Positions 37,872 to 46,964 of a stretch of DNA of 64,000 nucleotides are shown here, piece by piece. The stretch comes from an uncultured Chloroflexia bacterium (GTDB lineage Bacteria; Chloroflexota; Limnocylindria; Limnocylindrales; CSP1-4). Where the stretch lies: NCBI GenBank assembly GCA_963725745.1, contig CAVRZS010000004.1:538576-602575 (forward strand), in the 5' to 3' direction. Under the pieces are notes generated by a model that saw nothing but the letters and a program-made list of their open reading frames with translations, was not told where the DNA came from and did not search any database. The position numbers and the translations under genes are program-made. Numbering within the stretch: position 1 is the stretch's first letter; each line of letters starts with the position of its first letter.

Positions 37872-39323
37872 TCACATCGTGGTTTCGTCGGCTGAAGGCA
37901 GCCCGTGGGCCTGCTGTGAGTTTGCTGTGAGCGGCAGGCGGACGACAAACGTCGCCCCGCCGCCAGGCGTGGCCTCGTGCCACACCCGGCCGTCATGCGC
38001 CGCAACCAGCGAGGCGACGATCGACAAACCGAGCCCCGTCCCGCCGTTGTCGCGCGACCGGCCGGGGTCCGCGCGGTAGAAGCGGTCGAAGACGGTCGAC
38101 CCGACCGCCGGGTCGATGCCCGGGCCGTGGTCGACGACGCGCAGCTCCGCCTCCCCGCCGTCGGCGCGTCCGAGGACCTCGATCGGGCTCTCCGGAGGGG
38201 TGTGGATGCGCACGTTGGCGAGCAGGTTGCCAACGACCTGGCGCAGCCGGTCCTCGTCGCCGGTGACGAGGACGCCCGGCTCGACGACGTCGACGATGCG
38301 CCGCCCTGGCTCCAGCGCACGCGCGTCCGCGACCGCGTCCTCGGCGACCCGCGACAGGTCCACCCGGTCGCGGCGCACCGGCCGGCCCTGGTCCAGGCGC
38401 GCGAGGAGCAACAGGTCGTCGACCAGGGCGCCCATGCGGCGGCTCTCGGTCCCGATCCGGGCCATCGCCGTTGCCAGCTCGTCGGGATCGGACAGTCCGC
38501 CGGCTCGGTACAGGTCGGCATAGCCGCGAACCGCCGTCAGCGGCGTGCGCAGCTCGTGGGAGGCGTCGGCGACGAAGCGGCGGAGCCGTTCCTCGCTCGC
38601 GGCCCTGGCGTCGAGCGCCGACTGCTGTTCCGCGAAGCTCGTCTCGATCCGGTCGAGCATCGTGTCGAACGCCATCCCGAGGCGGCCGACCTCGGTGTCG
38701 TCGTGGCGCACGCCGGCTCGATGGGTGAGGTCGCCTGCGGCGATCTGTTCGGCCGACCGCGCCATGCGCTCGAGCGGCAGCAGGTCGTGGCGCACGACGA
38801 CCCACGCGACGGCCAGCAGCCCGACCAGGGCCAGCGTGCCGGTGAGGATCAGCGTCCGCACGAGGGTCGCCACCGCCGCGTCGACACCGGCGAGAGGCGC
38901 CGCGATCGCGATCGACCCGTTCGGGCGCACCCGCTGGGTGAGCACGCGGTAGGTCGTCGACCCGTCCGCGGACGCACGGTCGTCGATGCGACCGTAGGCA
39001 TCGGCGGGGATACCCGACGCATACACCGGCAGGGCGGGCAGCGGGTCGGGATCGCCCGCGAAGCCCGAGGGGTAGGAGCGCACGACGTTGCCCTGGCGGT
39101 CGAGGCGCAGGACGGCGAGCCGTCGACCGGCCTCGCTGTCGCCCGCCGCCAGCTCGCCCAGCCGCTGGAGCTGGCCGCCGGGGCCGTTCAGCGACTGCAG
39201 CTCGCGATCGACACGGTCCACGAGGCTCGCCCTCGTCAGCTCCACCAGCAGGAAGCCGGCGGCGACGAGCGCGACGGTCAGCATGACCGCGAGCGACGCG
39301 AGCAGCCGGGCGCGGAGGCTCAT
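37872..39323 (-). CDS. Sensor histidine kinase (two TM, HAMP, HisKA, HATPase_c)
   Basis: 483-aa track ORF. FVADASHELRTPLTAVRGYADL is the H-box. LRQVVGNLLANVRIHTP and DHGPGIDP...GTGLGLSIV are the N and G boxes. Confidence 0.9.
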   Translation of the reverse strand: MSLRARLLASLAVMLTVALVAAGFLLVELTRASLVDRVDRELQSLNGPGGQLQRLGELAAGDSEAGRRLAVLRLDRQGNVVRSYPSGFAGDPDPLPALPVYASGIPADAYGRIDDRASADGSTTYRVLTQRVRPNGSIAIAAPLAGVDAAVATLVRTLILTGTLALVGLLAVAWVVVRHDLLPLERMARSAEQIAAGDLTHRAGVRHDDTEVGRLGMAFDTMLDRIETSFAEQQSALDARAASEERLRRFVADASHELRTPLTAVRGYADLYRAGGLSDPDELATAMARIGTESRRMGALVDDLLLLARLDQGRPVRRDRVDLSRVAEDAVADARALEPGRRIVDVVEPGVLVTGDEDRLRQVVGNLLANVRIHTPPESPIEVLGRADGGEAELRVVDHGPGIDPAVGSTVFDRFYRADPGRSRDNGGTGLGLSIVASLVAAHDGRVWHEATPGGGATFVVRLPLTANSQQAHGLPSADETTM

Positions 39324-39329
39324 CGGCCG

Positions 39330-40067
39330 TCAGGCGGCGTTGGACTGGCCGTCGGAGCGGCGGTCGCGGCCGTCGGCCCGCAGCACGTAGCCGAACCCGC
39401 GAACGGTCCGCAGCAGCCGGGGCTCGACGGCATCGACCTTGCGTCGCAGGTAGCTGACGTAGGTCTCCACGACGTTGTCCTCGCCGTTGAAGTCGTACTG
39501 CCAGACGTGATCGAGGATCTGCTGCTTCGACAGCACCCGCTCGGGGTTGAGCAGGAAGTAGCGCAGCAGGCGGAACTCGGTCGGCGACAGCTCCACCTCG
39601 TCGCCGCCGCGCCAGACCTGGTGCCGGTCCTCGTCCATCTCGAGGTCGCGGTAACGCAACCGGGCGTCCCCGGAATCGCCGCCACGGACGCGGCGCAGGA
39701 GGGCCCCGATCCGGAGCGTCAGCTCCTCCAGGGAGAACGGCTTGGTGACGTAGTCGTCCCCGCCGCGGACGAAGCCCGTGACGCGGTCATCCTCGGAGTC
39801 GCGCGCCGAGAGGAAGATCACGGGCACGAAGTCGCGGGCGTCGCGTAGCCGGCGACACACCTCGAAGCCGTCGATGTCGGGCAGCATGACGTCCAGCACG
39901 ACGAGGTCCGGCGCCGCCGATGCCGCGGCCTCGAGCGCCGCGTGACCCGACGCCGCGGTCGACACCCGGTAGCCCATGTAGCGCAGCGCCGTGGCGAGGA
40001 GGTCGGTGATCGCGGGCTCGTCGTCGACCACGAGGATGTGGGCCGGGCCCGCGGGTGCGGCATGCAT
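39330..40067 (-). CDS. OmpR/PhoB-family response regulator
   Basis: 245-aa track ORF. The receiver domain reads ILVVDDEPAITDLLATAL...DLVVLDVMLPDIDGFEV. The winged-helix DNA-binding domain reads LSPTEFRLLRYFLLNPERVLSKQQILDHVW...VETYVSYLRRKV...TVRGFGYVL. Confidence 0.9.
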   Translation of the reverse strand: MHAAPAGPAHILVVDDEPAITDLLATALRYMGYRVSTAASGHAALEAAASAAPDLVVLDVMLPDIDGFEVCRRLRDARDFVPVIFLSARDSEDDRVTGFVRGGDDYVTKPFSLEELTLRIGALLRRVRGGDSGDARLRYRDLEMDEDRHQVWRGGDEVELSPTEFRLLRYFLLNPERVLSKQQILDHVWQYDFNGEDNVVETYVSYLRRKVDAVEPRLLRTVRGFGYVLRADGRDRRSDGQSNAA

Positions 40068-40162
40068 GGGCGAATCTCACGCTCTGGACCTGAGAGGTTC
40101 CTGTGAGCCTGCCGTGAGTTGCGGCCACCGGCAACGCCTCGAAACTCCATGACGAGCACCCT

Positions 40163-41191
40163 ATGATCCGGCCCATGCCCCACCATCCCGCCGCCGTGCC
40201 GGCCTCGTTCCCCGCCTACGTCGTCGACCGGCCCGACGGCGGCGCGTTCTCGCGCGGGCTGCGGGAGCTCGCCCAGGACGACCTGCCGGCGGGCGAGGTC
40301 ATCGTCCGGGTCACCTGGTCGGGCGTGAACTTCAAGGACGGCCTCGCGGCTCGCGAGGATGGGCGGGTGGCGCGCTCGTACCCGCTGGTGCCGGGGATCG
40401 ACCTCGCCGGCGTCGTCGCCGCCTCGACGGACCCGGCGTATGCGGTCGGGTCGCCGGTGCTGGCGAACGGCTACGACATCGGTACCGCGCGCCACGGCGG
40501 GTTCGCCGCCTACGCCCGCATCCCTGGAGCCTGGGTCGTGCCGATGCCCGTCGGTCTCACCGCCCGCGACGCGATGGCGATCGGCACGGCAGGCTTCACC
40601 GCCGCGATGAGCGTCGCCGCCCTCGAGGACCGCGGGCTGCGACCGGGTGACGGGCCGGTGCTCGTGACCGGCGCGTCGGGCGGCGTCGGATCGGCCGCGG
40701 TGTCGATCCTCGCGGCACGCGGTCACGAGGTCTGGGCGGCGACCGGCAAGCCCGACGAGCGCGAGCGGCTGAGCGACCTGGGGGCGGCGGGCTTCCTCAC
40801 ACGGGACGAGGTCACGGCGCCCGGACGGCCGCTCGAGTCGGCACGGTGGGCGGGCGCGGTGGACACGGTCGGCACGGCCACCCTCCCGTACGTGTTGCGG
40901 ACGCTCCGCCTCGGCGCGGCGGTCGCGTCGTCGGGGAACGCCAGCGGCGCCGAGCTCAGCACGACGGTCTTCCCGTTCATCCTGCGCGGCGTCGCGCTGC
41001 TGGGCATGGACTCGGCCAACATGCCCATCGAGACGCGCCGGACCCTGTGGCAGCGACTCGCGACCGACCTGCTGCCGAGGGGAATCGACGACGGGATCCG
41101 CGAGGTGACCCTCGAGACGCTCGAGCCGGCGCTCGACGGGATCGTCGCGGGCGAGGCTCGCGGGCGTTGGATCGTCCGCGTCGGCGAGTAG
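40163..41191 (+). CDS. YhdH/AcuI-type NADPH-dependent MDR oxidoreductase (acrylyl-CoA reductase-like)
   Basis: 342-aa track ORF. Contains VRVTWSGVNFKDGLAAREDGRVARSYPLVPGIDLAGVV...GPVLVTGASGGVGSAAVSILAARGHEV...GEARGRWIVRV. Confidence 0.85.
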   Translation: MIRPMPHHPAAVPASFPAYVVDRPDGGAFSRGLRELAQDDLPAGEVIVRVTWSGVNFKDGLAAREDGRVARSYPLVPGIDLAGVVAASTDPAYAVGSPVLANGYDIGTARHGGFAAYARIPGAWVVPMPVGLTARDAMAIGTAGFTAAMSVAALEDRGLRPGDGPVLVTGASGGVGSAAVSILAARGHEVWAATGKPDERERLSDLGAAGFLTRDEVTAPGRPLESARWAGAVDTVGTATLPYVLRTLRLGAAVASSGNASGAELSTTVFPFILRGVALLGMDSANMPIETRRTLWQRLATDLLPRGIDDGIREVTLETLEPALDGIVAGEARGRWIVRVGE

Positions 41192-41197
41192 CGGCCC

Positions 41198-42016
41198 TCA
41201 GGCGTCCAGCTCGCCACGTAGCTGGGCGACGGCCCGCTCCAGCGCCTGCCGAGCGGGCGCGGCCGAATATGGCGCGCCCTCGATCGCATCCTCGAGCGAG
41301 ACCTCGCCTGCCGCCACCTGCGCGCCGAGCTCGGCGATCGTCCGGATCCCGTCGAGCGTCGCTTCCACGAACGGTCGATCCGCATGGTCGCCGTGGCCGG
41401 GCACCACGACCGTGCGCTCGCCGACACGTTCCAGGACCGCCTCGAGCGTCGCCGGCCAGTCCATCGGGAAGCCGTCGCCGAAGGACGGGGGAGCGCCGTT
41501 CTCGACCAGATCGCCGGCGCACACAACGTCGGCGTCCGGAATCCGGATCACGATGTCGTTGTCCGTGTGGCCGCGCCCGAGGTAGGCAAGCTCGATCGCG
41601 CGCCCGTCGAGGTCGATCGTGGCGCGGTCGGCGAACGTGACGTCCGGGGGATCGAGCACGACGTCTGCGAGCTCCGCAGCCAGCTCCGGCATCGCGTCGC
41701 TGACCCTCGAACGCTGCAGCTCGCCCGTGAGCCGGACCATCGCCGCGCATCGCTCGTGACCCCAGATCACCGCCGGCCGGAACACGGAGTTGCCGAACGC
41801 GTGGTCGAAGTGGCCGTGGGTGTTGATGACGATGCCCACCGTCGGCGATCCCAGGTCCCGGAGGTCGTCGACGATCTCTCGGGCCTGCGCCCGCGTGGAC
41901 CGCGTGTCGACGATCACCGCCGCGTCGCCACCCAGGATCGCGACGATGTCCTGGTCGAAGAAGTCATACCGGCGGACGAACACGCGCTCGCCGACCTCGG
42001 TCCATCGAAGGCTCAC
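41198..42016 (-). CDS. MBL-fold metallo-hydrolase
   Basis: GTG 42016 gives VSLRWTEVGERVFVRRY.... INTHGHFDHAFGN is the HxHxDH motif, followed later by VVPGHGD. The upstream part of track ORF 41198..42589 is antisense to ykoE and the riboswitch. Confidence 0.8.
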   Translation of the reverse strand: MSLRWTEVGERVFVRRYDFFDQDIVAILGGDAAVIVDTRSTRAQAREIVDDLRDLGSPTVGIVINTHGHFDHAFGNSVFRPAVIWGHERCAAMVRLTGELQRSRVSDAMPELAAELADVVLDPPDVTFADRATIDLDGRAIELAYLGRGHTDNDIVIRIPDADVVCAGDLVENGAPPSFGDGFPMDWPATLEAVLERVGERTVVVPGHGDHADRPFVEATLDGIRTIAELGAQVAAGEVSLEDAIEGAPYSAAPARQALERAVAQLRGELDA

Positions 42017-42065
42017 CCCGGCATCGTACTCACGGGGCGGGTGTAAACTCGGCCGACAATCGAAG

Positions 42066-42160
42066 ATCCGCCTCCGGGGAGCGCGCGAGCGCTGAGAGTG
42101 TGGTGCAGACCACAGACCCGCGGAACCTGATCCGGTTCGTACCGGTGTAGGAAGCAGGCC
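42066..42160 (+). promoter_or_regulatory. TPP (THI-box) riboswitch
   Basis: GGGGAGC..GCGCUGAGA..(hairpin GUGGUGCAGACCAC)..ACCC..GCGGAACCUGAUCCGGUUCGUACCGGUGUAGGAAGC contains the hallmark CUGAGA, ACCC and ACCUGAUC.GG.U...ACC.G.G.AGGnA elements in the right order. It is followed by an 11-bp GC hairpin (42174..42199) plus TTCGTGCTT, and by GGAGG 12 nt before the ykoE ATG. Confidence 0.85.
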
Positions 42161-42227
42161 CGCAGCCACAGCACGCCGTCCCCGGCATCGGGGGCGGCGT
42201 TCGTGCTTGACGGAGGTCCAGGGATCG

Positions 42228-42824
42228 ATGGCGACGACCGTTTCGAGCCCCAACGCGGCGGCGCCCGCCTCGAACGCGTGGCGGACTCGCGACATCGTGG
42301 TGACCGCCATCATCGGCGTCGTCTTCGGCGTGGTCTTCTGGGCCTGGAACCTGGCCTGGGGTGCGTTCGACGCCGTGTTCGTGGTCGCGCCCCCCGCGAA
42401 GGACCTCCTGTACGCGGTGTGGCTCGTGCCGGCCGTCCTGGCGCCGTACATCGTCCGCAAGCCCGGCGCGGCCGTGTTCGCGGAGCTCGTGGCCGCCGGC
42501 GTGTCGGTGATCGGCAGCCCGTGGGGACCCGACACCCTGCTGTCTGGGTTCGTCCAGGGCGCGGCTGCGGAGCTCGTGTTCGCGTTCACGCTGTACAGGC
42601 TGTGGACGTTCCCGGTCCTCGCCGCGGCGGCGGTCGCGTCAGCGGCCGGAGCCTGGATCCACGACTGGGCGATCTATTACCCGGATGCATCGCTCGAGGT
42701 CCAGCTCGTCCGCGGCCTGATGATGGCGATCTCGGCCGTCGTCATCGTCGCCGGCGGCTCCGTGGTGCTGGTACGTGCCCTGCGCCAGGCGGGCGCCCTG
42801 GAGGGGTTCCCAGCTGACCGCTGA
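42228..42824 (+). CDS. ykoE: ECF transporter S component, YkoE-like (thiamine-precursor/HMP uptake)
   Basis: ATG 42228 (the track ORF begins at TTG 42207) follows the SD GGAGG. The protein has about six TM helices. Its position directly behind a TPP riboswitch and ahead of a duplicated ECF ATPase matches the ykoEDC arrangement. Confidence 0.75.
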   Translation: MATTVSSPNAAAPASNAWRTRDIVVTAIIGVVFGVVFWAWNLAWGAFDAVFVVAPPAKDLLYAVWLVPAVLAPYIVRKPGAAVFAELVAAGVSVIGSPWGPDTLLSGFVQGAAAELVFAFTLYRLWTFPVLAAAAVASAAGAWIHDWAIYYPDASLEVQLVRGLMMAISAVVIVAGGSVVLVRALRQAGALEGFPADR

Positions 42825-44322
42825 GCCGGCGGTTGGCCGCCCCGGCGCGATTCGTGCCCACGGGCTGGCCTTCCGGTTCGCGAGCCGCCCGGTCTTCGCC
42901 TTCGAGGACGTCTCGTTCGAGGTTGAGCCGGGCGAGTGCCTGCTCATCGTCGGACCGTCCGGCTCGGGCAAGAGCACCCTCGCGCTCGCGCTCGCGGGCC
43001 TCGTCCCGCGTGAGTTCCCCGGGGAGTGGCGTGGGCGGCTGACGGTCGACGGCCTCGATCCGGCCACCGCGTCCGGGGTCGAAGTGGCCGCGAGGGTCGG
43101 CCTCGTGTTCCAGGACCCGGAGAGCCAGCTGGTGATGGACCGGGTCGAGGACGACGTGGCGTTCGGGCTCGAGAGCCGGGGCTGGGACCGGGCGGCGATG
43201 CACGCGCGGGTCCCCGAAGCGCTGGGCGAGGTCGGCCTGGCCGGGTTCGAGCGGCGACGCACCACGAGGCTCTCCGGCGGGCAGCAGCAGCGGCTCGCGC
43301 TGGCGGGCGCGCTGGCGCCGCGACCGGGCATCCTCGTGCTCGACGAACCAACTGCCAACCTCGACCCGCCGGCGGCGCGGGCGTTCGCGGCGAGGCTCGC
43401 CGCACTGCGGGCGGCGCGGGCGGTCACGATCGTCCTCGTGGAGCACCGGGTCGACGTTGCGTGGCCCATCGCGGACCGGGTGCTCGCGCTCGGTCCCGAG
43501 GGCCGGCCGATCGACGTGGGCCGGCCGGCGGACGTCCTGGCGCGGTCGCGCTCGAAGCTGGTTGCCGCCGGGGCGTGGCTGCCCGATGAGGATGTGGCGC
43601 AGCCTCCGGCGGTCGCGCACTCGGCCCTGGCCTCGGGGCCCGTCGTCCTCGCCGCCCACGACCTCGCGTTCGCCTACGACGGCGGGGCCGACGTCGTGCG
43701 CGGCGTCGACTTCGCCCTGACGCCGGGGGAGCGGGTCGCCCTCGTTGGCACCAACGGCTCGGGCAAGTCGACGCTGGCGAAGCTGCTGGTCGGGCTCCTC
43801 CGCCCGCGCGATGGCGAGGTTCGCCTGGCCGGCGACGCTCCGGCCGACCTGGCGCCGGCCGAGCTGGCGCGGCGGGCGGCCTACGTGTTCCAGGACCCGG
43901 AGCAGCAATTCGCGCGGCTGCGCGTGGACGAGGAGGTGATGCTGGGCCTCGACGACGCCGGGCGGCGCCAGGCCGCGGCCCTGATGGACCACATCGGGCT
44001 GCCGCTCGGCCTGTTCGGGCCGCGTAGCCCGTACACGCTCTCGGGCGGCGAGCAGCGGCGCCTGTCGCTGGCGACGGCGCTCGTGCGCAGCCCGTCGGTC
44101 ATCGTGCTTGACGAGCCCACGTTCGGCCAGGATCGCCGGGGCCACGACGCACTGCTCGACATCCTCCGTGCCCATGTCGACGCCGGGGCGGCAGTGCTCG
44201 CGGCGACCCACGACGAGCGGTTCATCGAGGCGTTCGCGAGCCGCATCGCTCGCTTGGAGCAGGGCCGGATCGTGCACGTGGAGACGGCCGACGGGCGGGC
44301 TCACCACCGCGGAGATCGTCGC
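42775..44322 (+). CDS. ykoD: Duplicated ECF/ABC ATPase (YkoD-like, two nucleotide-binding domains)
   Basis: NBD1 carries GPSGSGKSTLA, LSGGQQQRLALA and ILVLDEPTANLD. NBD2 carries GTNGSGKSTLA, LSGGEQRRLSLA and VIVLDEPTFGQD. In this assembly it reads through, in frame, into the T component (track ORF 42775..45090, 771 aa). Confidence 0.85.
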
Positions 44323-45090
44323 GTGACGGCGATCATCGATCGCTACGAGCCGTCCGAACGACAGCTGGCCAGCGTCCTCGGCCGGACGAGCCCGCTGGTC
44401 AAGCTGGCCGTCGCCCTGGTCTGGCTCGTCGGCCTCGCGTTCACGCTGGACCTGCTGCCGCCGGTGTTCATCACGATCGTCGTCCTCGGGGCCGGCCACG
44501 TCCTGGGCGGGATCCCGGGCGCGCGCCTCGCGACTGGCGTCGGGCCGCTGTGGATCGCGGCCCTCGGCATCGGCCTGTTCAACGCCCTGTTCTCGGGCTC
44601 GAACTCGGACCCGACCCTGCCGGTGGCGTTCGTGATCGGCCCGTTCACCGTCACCTGGGCGGCCCTGGCCGCGGGCGTTGGCCTCGCGGCACGGGTCATC
44701 GCGATCGCGTCGGTCGGCGTGGTGTTCGGCCAGACGACGGACTCGACCCATCTCGTCGACGCGCTCGTGCAGCAGGCCCGGGCGCCCGAGCGGTTCGCCT
44801 ACGGCGCGCTGGCGGCGTACCAGGCGATCCCGAGGCTCGCCGAGCAACTCACGACGCTGCGCCAGGCGCGCCGCATGCGCGGGCTGCGCTGGAGCTGGCA
44901 CCCGCGACTCCTGGTGGGACTGCTGGTGCTCGCGATCCGCCACGGGGATCGGCTTGCCCTGGCGATGGACGCGCGCGCGTTCGGTTCGGGGCCTCGGTCG
45001 CGGTACCGCGTGGTGCACTGGACGTGGCTCGATGCGGCGATCGCGGTTGGGGCTGCCGTGGTGCTCGCGATCGCGCTGCGGCTGGGCTGA
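44323..45090 (+). CDS. ykoC: ECF transporter T component (YkoC/EcfT-like), in frame with ykoD
   Basis: From GTG 44323: VTAIIDRYEPSERQLASVLGRTSPLVKLAVALVWLVGLAFTL...ARAPERFAYGALAAYQAIPRL...RQARRMRG (EcfT-type coupling-helix region). The start forms GTGA with a TGA in the +1 frame (see findings). Confidence 0.7.
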   Translation: MTAIIDRYEPSERQLASVLGRTSPLVKLAVALVWLVGLAFTLDLLPPVFITIVVLGAGHVLGGIPGARLATGVGPLWIAALGIGLFNALFSGSNSDPTLPVAFVIGPFTVTWAALAAGVGLAARVIAIASVGVVFGQTTDSTHLVDALVQQARAPERFAYGALAAYQAIPRLAEQLTTLRQARRMRGLRWSWHPRLLVGLLVLAIRHGDRLALAMDARAFGSGPRSRYRVVHWTWLDAAIAVGAAVVLAIALRLG

Positions 45091-45179
45091 GTCCGGTCGG
45101 GTTGGTTCCGCCGCGGCGCCCGCCCTACACCGCTCCGCTGCGCTCCGGTCCGCGCCGCTGCGCGCCCGTGCGGGCCGGC

Positions 45180-45382
45180 TGGTCGCCCGGCGTTCACTCG
45201 AGCGGTTGGTCCGGCGGATTGGTCGCCCGGCGTTCAGGTCAGCGGTTTGCGGCCCCGTTTCCGGCGGATTGGTCGCGTGGCGTGCAGAACGATCCCGTTA
45301 TCCGCCGCAGTGAACGCCCGGCGATCAGGCACGAGAGGCGCAGCGACCAACCACGAGAGGCGCAACGAACGCCCGGCGACCA
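45180..45382. repeat. Array of five copies of a 17-bp imperfect palindrome TGnnCGCCnGGCGnnCA embedded in longer direct and inverted repeats
   Basis: The copies are tggtcgcccggcgttca (45180), tggtcgcccggcgttca (45220), tggtcgcgtggcgtgca (45270), tgaacgcccggcgatca (45311) and cgaacgcccggcgacca (45366). Start-to-start spacings are 40, 50, 41 and 55 bp. Extra repeats are ccggcggatt x2, cacgagaggcgca x2 and gaccaggcgcc x2. Confidence 0.8.
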
Positions 45383-45473
45383 GGCGCCGACCAGGCGCCA
45401 AACCAGGCGCGACGGATCGGGTCACCAGACGCGAGCCGTGCCATGATCGAAGCAACGACCGACTGAGCGACGG

Positions 45474-46805
45474 ATGAGGTGGAGCGTGGCCGACGGCCGG
45501 ACGATCGTGTTCTTTCCCGAGGGCGCCTACGGGCCGACCAACAACTGCGTCGGCATCGGGGACGTCCTGCGCCGACGGGGCCACCGGGTAGTGTTCATCG
45601 TCGAGGAGTCGTTCGCGGGCAACCTCGAGGCCAAGGGGTTCGAGGAGCGGCTGATGCGCCTCGGGCCGCCACCCGCCGAGCCGGAGGTCCCGGGCCAGTT
45701 CTGGATCGACTTCATCCGCGACACGGCGCCGGTCTTCCGCAAGTCGACGCTCGAGCAGATCGCCGAGTTCATGCAGCCGACCTGGCAGGCGCTGATCGAC
45801 GGGTCCAAGTACGTGAACCCGCGACTTGCGGAGATCATCGGGGAGCTCGAGCCCGACGTCGTCGTCGAGGACAACGTCGTGTCGTTTCCCGCGGTCATCG
45901 CCAGCGGCCGGCCGTGGGTGCGGATCGTGTCCTGCAACCCGGCCGAGGTCCGCGACCCGATCATCGCGCCGTTCTCGTCGGGCTATCCGGCCGCCGACCC
46001 GAGCCGATGGGCGATCTTCCGCGCCGAGTACAACCGCGTGCACGCCGACGCCTGGCACGACTTCGACGCCTTCTGTCGCGACCACGGCGCCCCGGGCCTC
46101 GCCAACACGCCGTTGGGCGCCGAGTTCATGCACGAGTCGCCGTTCCTGAACCTGTACGCCTACCCGGCGGAGGCCGACTATCGCCGCGCCGAACCCCTGG
46201 GCCCGACCTGGCATCGGCTCGATTCCACGATCCGGGCGACGGACGGGACCTGGTCGCTGCCGGAGCATCTGGCAAGCCGCTCGGGCGCCCTCGTCTACCT
46301 GTCGCTGGGCTCGCTTGGCTCGGCGGACGTCGAGCTGATGCAGCGTTTGGTCGACGTCCTCGGGCGGACCGACCACCGGGTCATCGTGTCCAAGGGGCCG
46401 CTGGCCGACCAGATCCGCCTGCACGACAACATGGCCGGCGAATCGTTCCTGCCCCAGCCGGCGGTGCTGCCGCAGGTCGACCTCGTGATCACGCACGGCG
46501 GCAACAACACGGTGGTCGAGAGCTTCCACAACGGCAAGCCGATGGTCGTCCTGCCGCTGTTCTGGGACCAGGTCGACAACGCGCAGCGCGTCCACGAGAC
46601 GGGCTTCGGGCGACGCCTCCCGGCGTACGCCTTCCGCGACGAAGAGCTGACCGGAGCGATCGACGCGCTGCTGACCGACGAGGCCCTGAAGGCTCGCATG
46701 ACCGCAATCGCCAACCGGATGCAGGCCGCTCGCGGCACCGAGCGCGCCGCCGACCTGATCGAGCGCGTCGCGACCACCCAGGCGCCGATCCTCGACGGGC
46801 GATGA
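45474..46805 (+). CDS. GT1-family (MGT/UDP-glycosyltransferase-like) glycosyltransferase
   Basis: 443-aa track ORF. The N-terminus reads IVFFPEGAYGPTNNCVGIGDVLRRRGHRVVF. The C-terminal nucleotide-sugar motif reads LPQVDLVITHGGNNTVVESFHNGKPMVVLPLFWDQVDNAQRV. Confidence 0.85.
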   Translation: MRWSVADGRTIVFFPEGAYGPTNNCVGIGDVLRRRGHRVVFIVEESFAGNLEAKGFEERLMRLGPPPAEPEVPGQFWIDFIRDTAPVFRKSTLEQIAEFMQPTWQALIDGSKYVNPRLAEIIGELEPDVVVEDNVVSFPAVIASGRPWVRIVSCNPAEVRDPIIAPFSSGYPAADPSRWAIFRAEYNRVHADAWHDFDAFCRDHGAPGLANTPLGAEFMHESPFLNLYAYPAEADYRRAEPLGPTWHRLDSTIRATDGTWSLPEHLASRSGALVYLSLGSLGSADVELMQRLVDVLGRTDHRVIVSKGPLADQIRLHDNMAGESFLPQPAVLPQVDLVITHGGNNTVVESFHNGKPMVVLPLFWDQVDNAQRVHETGFGRRLPAYAFRDEELTGAIDALLTDEALKARMTAIANRMQAARGTERAADLIERVATTQAPILDGR

Positions 46806-46964
46806 CCCTGCCTGTCGTCATTCGACGAGCCGTCGATTAAGGCAGGTGGCGGGCACCGAATCCGGCAATCGCCGGATGGCGCGCCGTGTGCTGACACCTA
46901 TGGTCGAAGCATCCCCGGACGGAGAGCCGGGGCCGGATCCGCCCCCACAGCGAGCGGACAGAGG

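Noticed and set aside
42742-45018. 758-aa minus-strand ORF. The same reasoning applies to 50021..52144, 57243..59111, 59108..60592, 62321..63949, 45234..46595, 37977..39848 and 35386..36909.
   Set aside because: All are antisense or alternate-frame shadows of genes with unambiguous motifs (ykoDC, ALDH, glpD, glpK, lpd, GT1, HK, metY). This is typical for roughly 70 percent GC DNA, in which stop codons are rare in non-coding frames.
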